Source of the DNA: Eledone cirrhosa
Taxonomy: Eukaryota
Direction: 5' to 3'
Assembly (NCBI GenBank): GCA_964016885.1
Contig: OZ024742.1
Coordinates: forward strand, 123,442,001-123,506,000
DNA: 64,000 bases
In this document: piece by piece, positions 1-12,603 of the stretch
How the letters are laid out: the number at the start of each line of letters is the position of its first letter
How positions within the stretch are numbered: the stretch's first letter is position 1
Made by a program: the position numbers and the translations under genes
The notes under the pieces: model-generated
Database searches by the model: none
What the model was told of the DNA's origin: nothing
What the model saw: only the letters and a program-made list of their open reading frames with translations

Positions 1-1170
1 CTAGGAGTAGATGAATGGCTTGTGAAAGCGGTACAAGCCATGTATAGGGGAGCAGTCAGCAAAGTTAGGATTGGCAATGAGTATAGCGAGGAATTTAGCG
101 TACAGGTTGGGGTCCACCAGGGCTCTGTTCTTAGCCCTCTCCTGTTCATCATAGTCCTGCAGGCAATAACGGAGGAGTTTAAGACCGGATGCCCATGGGA
201 ACTCCTGTATGCTGATGACCTCGCACTCATAGCTGAATCTATGGTAGAACTAGAGAATAAATTCCAAACCTGGAAGCAGGGACTAGAGAGAAAGGGCCTC
301 AAAGTCAACATGACAAAGACTAAGGTCCTTATAAGTAGACGAGAAAACAGAACCCAGATCCCCTCAGGGAAATGGCCTTGCTCAGTATGTAGGAAAGGTG
401 TAGGTAGGAACTCCATTCTTTGCCCCAAATGCAAACAATGGGTACACAAGAGATGTAGCGGGATCTCAGGAAGCTTAATTAAGAATGTAGGATTCACATG
501 CAGCAGCTGTGCTGAAACAGCAAGCAAACAGCCACAGGAAACAAGTACCACCAATCTCTGGGAGGGCCCTGTAGAAACAGTAGACAGCTTCTGCTACCTA
601 GGTGACCGAATTAGCAACGGAGGTGGGTGCTCAGAAAGTACAATAACTAGGGTAAGAACGGGATGGAAGAAGTTTAGGGAACTACTACCACTGCTAGCTG
701 CAAAAGGCTTCTCCCTCAGAATGAAAGGCAGACTGTATGATGCGTGTATCCGAACAGCGATGTTGCATGGTAGTGAGACCTGGGCGCTGAAGGTGGAAGA
801 CTTACGTAGATTAGAGAGAAACGAAGCCTGCATGCTCCGATGGATGTGTAACAGTAATATACGTGAACGACAAAGCATAAATGAATTGAGAGAGAGACTG
901 AGCATAAGAGGAATCAAATGCTGCGTGCAGGAGAGGCGGTTACGCTGGTATGGACATGTGATGCGTATGAAGGATGACAGCTGCATAAAAAGGTGCAGAG
1001 CACTAGAAGTTGATGGAAACCGCGGAGTGGGGAGACCCAAGATGACTTGGGATGAGGTGATAAAAGCCGACCTTACCCAACTACACCTCTCAAAGTCAAT
1101 GACACACGACCGTGACTTCTGGCGTCACGCAGTAATACAGGGTACCCGACCTCCCATGGGTACATGCTGA
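1..1170 (+). CDS. LINE ORF2 reverse transcriptase, C-terminal part, with in-frame C4HC3 PHD-like finger
   Basis: Frame is open from base 1 (LGVDEWLV...) to TGA at 1168-1170 with no stops. CSVC..CPKC..HKRC..CSSC lies between GLKVNMTKTKVL and VDSFCYLG. Confidence 0.9.
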   Translation, partial: LGVDEWLVKAVQAMYRGAVSKVRIGNEYSEEFSVQVGVHQGSVLSPLLFIIVLQAITEEFKTGCPWELLYADDLALIAESMVELENKFQTWKQGLERKGLKVNMTKTKVLISRRENRTQIPSGKWPCSVCRKGVGRNSILCPKCKQWVHKRCSGISGSLIKNVGFTCSSCAETASKQPQETSTTNLWEGPVETVDSFCYLGDRISNGGGCSESTITRVRTGWKKFRELLPLLAAKGFSLRMKGRLYDACIRTAMLHGSETWALKVEDLRRLERNEACMLRWMCNSNIRERQSINELRERLSIRGIKCCVQERRLRWYGHVMRMKDDSCIKRCRALEVDGNRGVGRPKMTWDEVIKADLTQLHLSKSMTHDRDFWRHAVIQGTRPPMGTC

Positions 1171-1478
1171 AGCATATAAACAATATGCCCCCCCCCCCCC
1201 CCACCGCAAGGTGGTCGTGGAGGTGCCACGGCAAAAAAGCACCCAGCCCACACTGTAAAGTGGACGTGTAGGCGCCACGAAAAAGCACCCAGCACTCACT
1301 GTAAATGAGGTTGGTGTTAGGAAGGGCATCCAGCTGTAGAAATCAAGCCAGATCAGTTCCTGTATGAGCAAGGCATGGTCAGCCGACCAGACACTGCCCA
1401 CAACAGGACAACCCGTCTAACCCATGCTAGCGTGGAAGAACGGACGTAAAACGGTGATGATGATGATGATGATGATGA
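1..1478 (+). mobile_element. RTE-clade LINE (subfamily A), 3' part, cut by the window edge; includes 3' UTR and (GAT)n tail
   Basis: RT motifs GVHQGSVLSPLLF, YADD and FCYLG, plus RTE-type C-terminus RRLRWYGHVMRM...GRPKMTW. The 3' UTR ends ...cggacgtaaaacgg(tga)n and is followed by (TA)n(GA)n. Confidence 0.95.
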
Positions 1479-1517
1479 TATATATATATATATATAGATA
1501 TATATATAGATATATAT

Positions 1518-2025
<508 letters not shown>

Positions 2026-2139
2026 AATATATATATATATATATATATATATACAAAAAGAAAGAACAAAGCTATGTTTATATATATATTTATATATACA
2101 AAAGTATATCTTCACCTTCATGAAACAATAACAATGATT

Positions 2140-2181
<42 letters not shown>

Positions 2182-2362
2182 CACATACATATATATCATC
2201 TTCATGAAACAGTAATAATGATGGTATATTTATATGTAAATGTATATACATACATACATACATACATACATACATGTATATACATACATATATACATGTA
2301 TATGCATACATACATATACATATATGCATACATACATATACATACATACATATATATATGTG

Positions 2363-2427
<65 letters not shown>

Positions 2428-2605
2428 ATGTATATGTGTGTATATGTGTATGAATATGCATATATGTATATGTATGTATGTATGTATATGTACGTATGTA
2501 TGTATGGATGTGTATACATTTATATATATATATACCATCATCATTATATATATATATATATAGTAATATATATATGTATATAGAATATATATATGTGTAT
2601 GTGTA

Positions 2606-2651
<46 letters not shown>

Positions 2652-2680
2652 AATATATATATGTATGTATATATATGTGC
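2026..2680. repeat. Compound microsatellite (TA)n/(TACA)n/(TG)n/(TATG)n
   Basis: Directly visible; source of the YIYI/THTH artefact ORFs. Confidence 0.95.
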
Positions 2681-3225
2681 TCATATCCCTGTGGGGTGGA
2701 TGTATGAATGATCGTAGAATAGAGAAACAATGTCTATTTATGTAGTTCTAACCAAATAATAATACAAACACACAAGACCCAAACAGCAACAAATACTACA
2801 ATGACAGCAACAACCAACACACACATAGATATGTATGTAAACATTTTTTCTGTTAAATACAACTTTGGTTATCTTATTTGTTCTGGACATTTTCTTAAAG
2901 TTATTTCATAGTTACAAACCCTCTACAGAGAATTACCAAGAGAATATAATGTTTACATATTGCTTCATAACTTCGCATATGAGTCTGTTTTAATTTTTCT
3001 TTTTTTTTATTCCTATTTACAGTTGTGCCATGCTGTTGAACAGTGATAAACAATATTTGTTAGAGCTGAAAATACAATAGGACATAATAATTTAGAAAAC
3101 AGATATAAATATGTCAACCTGCATCATGTGACAGAGTTATTTTCACATAAAGTATATAAAGTAGTTCCTTATTATACAGTATAAATATATTGATGATGAT
3201 AATTATTATATATATATATATATAT

Positions 3226-3495
3226 GGAGGCATATGGCTTAGTGGTTAGAACATTGGTCTTGCAATCAAAAGGTTGTGAGTTCAATTCTCTGAGCAAGAC
3301 ACTTTATTTCACATTGCTCAATAGTTGTACAAATAAGATGATAGGACTAGGGTCCATACATTCCAATGCAAAGTGGTCGTGGAGCACTCACTGTAAATGA
3401 GGTTGGTGTTAGGAAGGGCATCCAGCTGTAGAAACCAAGCCAGAATCAGTTCCCGTCCCACCCTTGTAAGCAGGGAAAATGATGATGATGATGAT
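3226..3495 (+). mobile_element. tRNA-derived SINE with CORE-like body and RTE-LINE-derived 3' tail
   Basis: A-box tggcttagtggttag, B-box gagttcaattc, body gagcaagacactttatttcac; tail matches the LINE 3' UTR (gttggtgttaggaagggcatccagctgtagaaa...(gat)n). Confidence 0.9.
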
Positions 3496-3689
3496 ATAAA
3501 TACATATATATTGCAAAATAGTTTGCATCTTTGTTTCTCAAATACAGCTCCCTCTCTCTCTCTCTCTCTCACTCTCTCTCTCTTTGCCCTTTCTCTATGT
3601 ATATACACCCACACACATGCATATATATATATGCTGTAAAGTAGTTGTTATTGAGAAGAGCCTATGTATGTATATATGTATATATATAG

Positions 3690-3845
3690 TATTAATATAT
3701 AAGGGAACAAATAATCAATGTTGTCACATATACATATTTATTTGCATATTACATATGTTTCACTGTCGATCAGCTCGGGGGATAATCTATTAAAGATCAA
3801 ACCTGACTCTGGAATCGGAAGCTCCTCAAATATGTTTTAATATGT

Positions 3846-3848
<3 letters not shown>
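3690..3848 (-). mobile_element. Hammerhead-bearing non-coding element, paralogue of 31894-32052; core degenerate (C3->U)
   Basis: Minus strand reads aacatat-TTGAGGA-gcttccgatt...gatcgacagt-GAAA-CATATG-TA-atatg and is colinear with the 31.9-kb copy. Confidence 0.75.
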
Positions 3849-3893
<45 letters not shown>

Positions 3894-4070
3894 TAGTCTA
3901 ACTTATGCCACAGTCTCCATTAGTCCGGAAATCAAGCTAGACTCATTAACATATCTGGTCCCTAACTGCAGTTTCTGAAATTAAGAAACAATAGTAATTA
4001 TCTTAATAAATTAAGACAAATGATATTGGAAGAAAATTCCATCTGCAGAGGGATTCTTTGGAAGTAGAAA

Positions 4071-4257
4071 TAATTGTTTCTACTTTAGGAACAAGGCCAG
4101 CAATTATCCAGTGCATTACTGGTAGTTTATTTTATCGACCCTGTAAGGATGAAAGGCAAAGTCAACCTCAGCGGGATTTGAACTCAGACCGTAAAGGTAC
4201 GTAACTATGCTGGAAGGCATGGCATCCGACGCTCTACTGATACTGCCAATCCACCAC
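4071..4257 (-). mobile_element. OK-like tRNA-SINE with (TTA)n tail
   Basis: Reverse complement of gagttcaaatcccgctgaggttgactttgcctttcatccttacagggtcgataaaataaa...gtagaaacaatta. Confidence 0.9.
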
Positions 4258-4289
4258 CCACAAGACAAACAGACTGTAATAATTACTAT

Positions 4290-4750
4290 GGCCTTCCAAA
4301 GGGAAGAAGGCACTGTCCAACACAAGTTAGTTATTAGTGATATCAAAATAAACAAAAGACAGGCAGGAAAGTATGGATTTGGAGGGTGTGGAAGCTAAAG
4401 GACATTGGTTAAATATAAGTTTAGAAATACCCTACAGGATGCACTTGATGAGAGGGACGACAAGTTAGATACATACAACGTAAAGGACAACTGCAAATTC
4501 TTATGCGACAATCTTTATACTAATTACTAGTGAGACTTGCAGCTGGAGTAAAGCACCAGCCAGACAGAGGCTGACCTGGTGTGGAACAGTATAGTAGATA
4601 CAGCCATTAAAGCCAAGAGAAAGGCATGGAAAGACTGGAAAAATGTGAGTAGCAGAGACCGGTACTAAGTAGATAAGAAAGAAGATAGGTGACAGGTATA
4701 CACAGCTTGGAGAGAAGCTGAAGAAAGTAAATTTGCCAATGTTTTGAATA
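4290..4750 (+). pseudogene. Degraded RTE ORF2 fragment (linker between endonuclease and RT)
   Basis: With frameshifts it translates to ..VWKLKD.. and ..WNSIVDTAIKAKRKAWKDWK, matching the RTE TWWWN..AIK.KK.AWK.W motif. Confidence 0.6.
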
Positions 4751-5226
4751 TTCTGTATTGCAAGGCAGTATGTTAGTGTGAACTGTGATGTTGGGAAAAA
4801 TGTGTTAGAAATTACACTGTTTTGGTGATCTATACGATAACTGCACCCAGTACATGCTGTAAAGTGGTTGGCGATAGCAGGGGCATCCAGCCATAGAAAA
4901 CTTGCCAGTTGTGTGAAAGATATTATGACCTCCCCTGTGCACAATGGTACAAAAGTGAGATGATAGATCCCTGGCTTATCTGGGAGATCAGTAGCCACCA
5001 CTTTAGTAGAGATATGATCCAACCCTTGTTAGCAGGGACAGTGGGTGTTAAAACAATGATGATGATATATATATATAAAAACACACTTGGGTATATACAG
5101 TAGGATCAATAATGCTGTTAGAACTCCATCAAGTGTGAATGTACTAATTCCAATGATATCATGTGATAAGAGTTCTTGTCTTTGTAGTAGGCATTCAAAC
5201 AAGCTACAGAATCACATATATATATT

Positions 5227-5708
5227 GAAGTCGATGGAAACCGCGGAGTGGGGAGACCCAAGAAGACCTGGGATGAGGTGATAAAAGCCGACCTTACCCA
5301 ATTACATCTCTCAAAGGCGATGACAACCAACCGTGACCTCTGGCGTCACGCAGTAATACAGAAGACCTGACCCCTCCCCCATGGGTACAAGCCGAAGCTG
5401 AAGCATATAGACAATATGCTCCCACACCCTCCCACTGCAAAGTGGTCGTGGAGGTGGCACGGCAAAAAAGCACCCAGCTCACACTGTAAAGTGAACGTAT
5501 AGGCGCCACGGAAAAAAAGCACCCAGCACTCACTGTAAATGAGGTTGGTGTTAGGAAGGGCATTCAGCTGTAGAAATCAAGCCAGAATCAGTTCCCATAT
5601 GAGCAAAGCATGGTCAGCTGACCGGACACTGCCCACAACAGGACAACCCTTCTAATCCATGCTAACGTGGAAGAATGGATGTAAAATGGTGATGATGATG
5701 ATGATGAT
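5227..5708 (+). mobile_element. 5'-truncated RTE LINE (subfamily A)
   Basis: Near-identical to 1006-1478; begins directly after (TA)n; (GAT)n tail. Confidence 0.95.
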
Positions 5709-5827
5709 ATTGAATAATAAAAACAAAATACAAAGTTTAGTGCTTATTTAGTTCATTGTTTTACAATTGTTTCAGAAGGTTGATTAATCATAATAAATTG
5801 ACATAGAGACTAAATGCTATAAATCTT

Positions 5828-6103
5828 GCCATTGTGAGGATGTGAGTTAAATTCCAGACCTGGTGATGTTTTGTGTCCTTGAGCAAGTCACTTTATTTCA
5901 TGTTATTCCAGTTTACTCGGCTGTAGAAATGTCACTGGTGCCAAGCTGCATTGCCCTTTGCCTTTCCCTTGGAGAAAACTGGTGGACTGGAGAGGGGAAG
6001 TTGGTATACATTGGTGACTGCAACTCGTCCACAAAAACACCTGCCTAGGCTTGTGCCCTGGAAGGGAACTTTCTATGTGCAAATCCCATGGTCAATTATG
6101 ACT
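5828..6103 (+). mobile_element. Diverged CORE-like SINE with a different tail
   Basis: tgtgtccttgagcaagtcactttatttcatg...gctgtagaaatg body shared with the other SINEs. Confidence 0.6.
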
Positions 6104-6104
6104 G

Positions 6105-6162
<58 letters not shown>

Positions 6163-6899
6163 CACACACATACAAACCACAACACAGCCACACAACCATC
6201 ATATACACACAGACACCCACAGACAAACAGGCACACAGCCCCACAAGCCATCGCACATGCACAGACACACAAACTGCCATGCACACACAGAGTTCACACA
6301 CCACCACCAATTGTCAAGTCTGAAATCGAAAAGTAACTATGAGATATTCTGCAATCATTAGTGGTAGAATTAGACACAGCCAACACCAGACGAATTTATA
6401 AAACCATACTAAATTTATATGGACATTGAGGTAATTGAATTTAGTCCCCTGACAACAATGTAATGGGAAATACTTAATAAACATATGAACGTATGCATAA
6501 AACTTTCTTTCATTTGTGTCTCATTAATTTCTTCAATTGTGTTTTGAAACTTAGGTATAGAAGTTACAAAAGCCCAGCCAGTGTGTATTTGTCACTGTCA
6601 GCACACAAATACTCACATATGTGTATGTATATATATAATTATGTGTGTGTGTATGGATATGTGAGTGAGTGAAAAAGAGAGAGAGAAGGACAGAAAGGAA
6701 GTGAGTGAGAGAGATTTATATAATGTTAATAAGGTCCTAGTGAATTAAGCTTGCAGAGCATGTAAAATTCCCAAAAGAACAATTTCACTTGTTTTTGCAA
6801 TTTCTACAAATAGACTTGTATATATACCTAGCACCACAGACTATCATCATCATCATCATCACCATCACCATCATCATGATTTTACGTCCGCTTTTCCCT

Positions 6900-7410
<511 letters not shown>

Positions 7411-7892
7411 CACAAATAAATTGACAGAATCAAAATTCTAAACTAGTTTATTGCTTTACAATTGTTTCAGGTATCCTAATAAAATTACACATACATATAT
7501 ATATACACATACATGCATACTAGTACTCAAACTAACAATCTTACATTTGAAGATAAGTGTATGCAAATATGAGTGTGTGTATGTACATGCAGACACACAC
7601 ACACACACACACATATGTATGTACGTATATATATATTGTTATAAATTGGGAAGGCCATGCTGCCATATACGTGGGGGGGCTAGAAGAGGTTGATAGCTTT
7701 TGTTAATGAAGTAGCCTCATTTGCAATGGAGGAGAGTGTTCTGACTGTGTAATTGTCAGAGTCTAAATGTGTGTGGCAAATGTTCAGGGAGATTTTACAA
7801 TATATCAATTGTAATACACAACATGAGGTCTCATTGTGTATTTAAAAATATGTGCGTTTGTGTGTGTCTTATCAGTATGTATATATGTGAAC

Positions 7893-8180
7893 GTGCAGGA
7901 CTTAGTGGTTAGGGTATTCAGCTCCAGAATGTAAAGTCTCAATTTGGATTCTCAGACTTTGAGCAAGACACTTTATTTCATGTTGCTACCAAAAATAAGT
8001 TGTACCTGTAATTGAAGGGGCGCAGTTTTGTCACACACTGTGTCATGCTGAATCTCTCTGAGAAATATAAGGGTGCAAGTGCCTATGAAATGGTTCGCTA
8101 AATTTCAACATTAATTTTATGAGCGAGCAGTCCCATTGATTGAATCAACTGGAGCACTCATCATCAGAAATAACAAAGCC
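7893..8180 (+). mobile_element. OR-like tRNA-SINE; reverse partial copy at ~36455-36610
   Basis: cttagtggttagggtattc head and gagcaagacactttatttc body; the 3' part is reverse-similar to 36490-36605. Confidence 0.7.
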
Positions 8181-8380
8181 CCCCCCTCCTCCCATGTATG
8201 TATGAATCAGGTATGTATGTATTTGTTAGCTTGGATGTACTGCTTGCACGGATTCCCTTAACTCTCTGTTGCCATCCTATTCTATTGTTCATCATATTTG
8301 GCAAGGTCAATGAGACTGCAGTTTATCTCAGCACAAATCTGCATGTTATAGGTCTTGAAAAAATAGAGAAATTTACACAT

Positions 8381-8582
8381 TTAATTTAATTCTTGGTTCT
8401 TTTGGGAATACTTGATATTCTCCACTCTATCAACCAAATGAACAATGTACAATAAATATTTCTGTATTTCACAACATTTTCTAACTGATCTGTTCAAAAT
8501 TTTCGAGATTAATAATTTGGCAGTAGATTTTTGTTTCAAGTATTCTGTAATATTGTATGTCATCACTATTTCTATGCTGTTC
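8381..8582 (-). CDS. Possible terminal coding exon of an unidentified host gene
   Basis: Strong acceptor tttcatttctttgttccag followed by a non-repetitive open frame (NSIEIVMTYNITEYLKQK...KNQELN*). No recognisable domain and no partner exons found. Confidence 0.25.
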
Positions 8583-9506
8583 CTGGAACAAAGAAATGAA
8601 ATTGTCCACTTTCAATCTGGTTCCTAACAAAGCAGTTGATAGAAAAGGAGGATGCATAGTTGAGAGACAACTAGACAGAGATTGAAAACTTGATATCAAA
8701 TATTCTCTCATATTAAAGCATAATAGACAGATGTTTTGAGTAAATTTTCAAATTATAATTCATAAAACCATAATAATAATTCATAAACAAACTTGTTAAT
8801 ATGCTCTATACGTGTTTGAAATATGATATTACTGAAAAGCAATATAAAAAAGTACATCTATTTCTCTATAAACATGAAACAATAGTTGCATTTTAAAATC
8901 AAATGTGATGGTTGGTATTATTTTCTAAGATTCTATAGAACACTCATCTCTTTCCTACTTATATTTTTTTTACTTTTTCACAATCCTGATGATTTACTTC
9001 TCATAAAACATTAAATATGTATTGTGTGATAAAATGTAGCAAATTTCTGAATTTTCACAAATCAATGTTTTGATATCTCTTTAAATTCTTTTTTTCTTAC
9101 ATTCCTTATTGCTATCTGATGGAAACAATTCCCTTTTTATTGTTGTAGACAATGCATTGTTTAAAAGAAGTCAGTAGCTTTGTTAAATACACAACAAAGG
9201 TTTAGTGGCTAGTTGAGAAACAAAAAAACACTATTAAAGATTCATTCATTTTCCAAATATTAAATAATTTATCAGAAATATGAGAACTTCAGGTTATTTT
9301 TTCATTCTTAAGAGATTGAAAATGTTTAGCAAAAATAAGTTAAAAATTAATGTATTGCTGTATTTTGTAAAATACTTATAATTTGTTATTTCAGTATTTC
9401 TATATGCAATACACACACAAATAAATTCATGTTCACAGAAATATTCTCAACTTCCACGTGTTGATTGCTCTTTTCTTTCAATTGAAGACTATTGAATACA
9501 CTCACA

Positions 9507-9555
<49 letters not shown>

Positions 9556-9682
9556 GCATATATATTCAATATTCCTAAACAAATATATCAACTATTTTCA
9601 TGAACTGGTTCATAAAGTACATCATTATGCATTTTGTAATATATCTAATGTATTTTTATTTATCTCTCTATCTATCTCTCTA

Positions 9683-10882
9683 TGTATGTAGCTCTTGTGG
9701 ATCTAGAAAATGCCTTTGACAGAGTACCTCAATCTATTAACTGTTGGTCCTTAAGGAAATTAGGTGTAGAAGAATGGCTGGTGAGAGTAGTACAAGTCTT
9801 GTGCAGAGAAGCTGTCAGTAAAATTAGAGTAGGAAATAAGTTTAGTGAGGAATTCAAGGTAGAGGTAGGAGTTCATCAAAGTTTGGTTCTTAACCAAATG
9901 CTGTTCATCATAGATCTCCAGGCCATAACAGAGGAGTTTAAAACGGGCTGTCCTTGGGAAATATTCCATGCAGATGATTTGGTCCTTATAGCTGAATTCA
10001 TGAAAAAACTAGAAAATATGTTCAGACTATGGAAACGGCATTTGGAATCAAAAGGTCTGAGAGTAAAATTTTCCAAAACTAAAGTGCTAGTGAGTAGGAG
10101 AGAAGATAGGACCCTCATACCGTCAGTGAAGTGGCCTTGCTCCATATGTAGAAATATAAATCTTGAGTACACAAGAGATGTAATGGAATAACAGGTAGAC
10201 TAACAGGAAAGTAAAATTTTGTATGCAGAAGATGTACAGGAGTAATCAAATGGAAAAGTGGCACTTCAAGTCATAGGAAGCTTCCAGAGAAGTCTTTGAT
10301 AGCTTCTGCTATCTAGGGGACTTAATTAGCTATGGAGAAGGATGCTCTGAGAGCATAATAGCTAAAATAAGGATAGTTTGGAAGAAGTTTAGAGAGCTAC
10401 TCACACTCTTGACAACAAAAGTGTTCTCCCTATATACAAATGGATGACTGTATGATGCCTGTATGTGAAGTGTGATGCTACAGGGTAGTGAAACATGAGC
10501 ACTAACTGCAGAAGACATGCATAGATTGAAGAGAAATGTAGCAGCTATGCTTCATTGGATGTGAAATGTAAATGTGAAAGAAAAGTAGATCTTCGATAAC
10601 TGATGGAGAAACTGGGTTTAAGAGGAATCTGTGGTGGTGTACAAGAGAGAAGACTGCATTGGTTCAGATATGTAATGCACATGGATGATGACAGATGAGT
10701 GAAGGAGTGCCAGGAAATGTCAGTGGAAGGAAGACTCAGTAGAGGTAGACCAAGAAAGACCTGGGCAGAAATGATGAGAGCTAACCTCAAATCACTGAGA
10801 CTCACAGAGGAGATGAGAATAAAAAATGGCAAGTGGAGAGACGGTGTGCTGCGAGCATGGAAAAACCCATAAAATCGATGAT
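9683..10882 (+). mobile_element. Degraded RTE LINE (older subfamily)
   Basis: VDLENAFDRVP, EFKTGCPWEIFHADD, KWPCSIC; stops and frameshifts downstream. Confidence 0.9.
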
Positions 10883-11008
10883 CATATATATATATATCCT
10901 TTAATATCCATTCTTCCAGCTAGCAAAATTTGGATTATATATATATATATATATGTGTGTGTGTATGTGTGAATGCACATATATATATATATATATGCAT
11001 TCACACAT

Positions 11009-11043
<35 letters not shown>

Positions 11044-11047
<4 letters not shown>

Positions 11048-11138
11048 CAAATAATCACTGCTTCCACCCTTAACGGGATCTTCTGAAACTCCTGTTAAGG
11101 GTGAAAGCAGCGATTCTTTGCTTAAACTTTAATCTGTT
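11044..11138. repeat. Fold-back hairpin element; second copy at 32143-32220
   Basis: taagcaaataatcactgcttccacccttaacggga pairs with tcctgttaagggtgaaagcagcgattctttgctta; both copies share the tail aactttaatctgtt. Confidence 0.8.
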
Positions 11139-11413
11139 ATTTATATATATATATATATACACAGACATACATAATCATAAATTCATAAAACACTGGTTCT
11201 TAGGTCAGTGCTTAGAAAGTATTTTTAAACCTAAATTCCGCTGATGCAGTTGGGATTAATTTTTAGGCAGCATTCAATTCAATAAGTAATCTGTTTAGCT
11301 TGGTCTCATATTCTGTAAGCTCTTAGTCCTTTTTTCCCAATCTTTAATGTGAAATTATATTTAACATCACAGTCTGACATACACACACACACACAGACTA
11401 TATATATATATTA

Positions 11414-11482
11414 GTTACTCTGGAGTTTCACCTGTACACACCGGATGACCTCATTTATCCACAGCTGAAACTCCAGAGTAAC
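11414..11482. repeat. Fold-back hairpin ending in a hammerhead-like 3' half
   Basis: 22-bp arms gttactctggagtttcacctgt / acagctgaaactccagagtaac (1 mismatch), containing GAAA-CTCCAGAG-TA. Confidence 0.7.
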
Positions 11483-11568
11483 AAGACTCAATATTTAGCT
11501 ATTATTTAAACGTACTTCAGTATCAAGAACTCTTTTCTCTCACCTATCAACTACATATGGATATATAT

Positions 11569-12603
11569 ATATGTGGCCGGTGTTCTGGGGATATAAGTAG
11601 CAGCAAGTGCCCACAAAATACTAGCTCTTTCAATTGCGCAGAGGGTTCTATAGAAATAGTGGACAGCTTCCGTTACCTGGGTGACAAAATCAGCAGTGGG
11701 GGAGGGTGCTCTGAAAGTACAGTAGCTAGAGTCAGAACTGGGTGGAAAAAGTTCAGAGAGCTTATACCACTATTAGCCGCTAAAGGGTTCTCCCTAAAAA
11801 TGAAAGGCAGGCTGTACGATGCCTGCATACGAACAGCAATGTTGCATGGCAGTGAGACCTGGGCATTGTGTGCAGAGGATATACGCAGACTAGAGAGAAA
11901 CGAAGCTTGCATGCTCTGCTGGATGTGCAATAGTAATATACGCGAACGGCAAAGCATAAACGAACTAAGGAAAAAATTAGAAATAAGAAGGATCAGATGT
12001 TGTTTACTTGAGAGAAGGCTACGTTGGTATGGTCACGTGATGCGCATGAAGGATGATAGCTGTATAACAAAGTGCAGGGCAATAAAGATAGACGGTAGCC
12101 ACGGAATAGGCAGACCCAGAAAAACCTGGGACGAGCTGATAAACTCCGACCTCACACACTTACACCTCACCAAGACAATGTCACTGGACCGAGACCTTTG
12201 GCGGTACTCAGTAATAGAGAAGACCCGCCTTGCCAGTAGGCATCTCTAACAAAATACACCCCGTCCCACCACCACCACCCCCACCCCATCCACACCACCC
12301 CGTTCTATGTAAAGTCATGTTGGTGCCGCGCCATCCAGGCCGAAACAAATGAGATCGTGTAGGTGTCACGACAAAAAAACACACAGTCCACGCTGTAATG
12401 TGGCCGTGTAGGCAACACGGTAAAAACCTCCCAGACCCACACTGTAAATGTGGTTGGTGTTAGGAAGGGCATCCAACTGTAGAAAACCTGCCAGACAGTC
12501 CTATGCGAGCAAGAAAATCACTCTTGCCTCAAGTGGGACTACCCCCGTCCAAACCCATGCAAGCGTGGAACACGGACGTTAAACGTTGATGATGATGATG
12601 ATG

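Noticed and set aside
212-218. CTGATGA hammerhead-like core (also ~8987, ~18399, ~18596, ~46181)
   Set aside because: At 212 it encodes YADD; the others lack a helix II, GAAA and helix I arrangement.
594-1040. Antisense ORFs over LINE copies (also 11673-11957, 20886-21599, 47725-48171)
   Set aside because: Shadow frames of the RT coding strand with no independent evidence.
1205-1310. Repeat-spacer-like pattern suggesting a CRISPR array
   Set aside because: Tandem units within a eukaryotic LINE 3' UTR; no unique spacers and no cas genes.
3022-3080. Strong plus-strand acceptor and possible short terminal exon
   Set aside because: All frames stop within 20 codons and nothing is recognisable; cannot be supported without RNA data.
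3226-3295. tRNA gene-like sequences
   Set aside because: SINE heads: A/B boxes are present but there is no closed cloverleaf, and they continue into SINE bodies.
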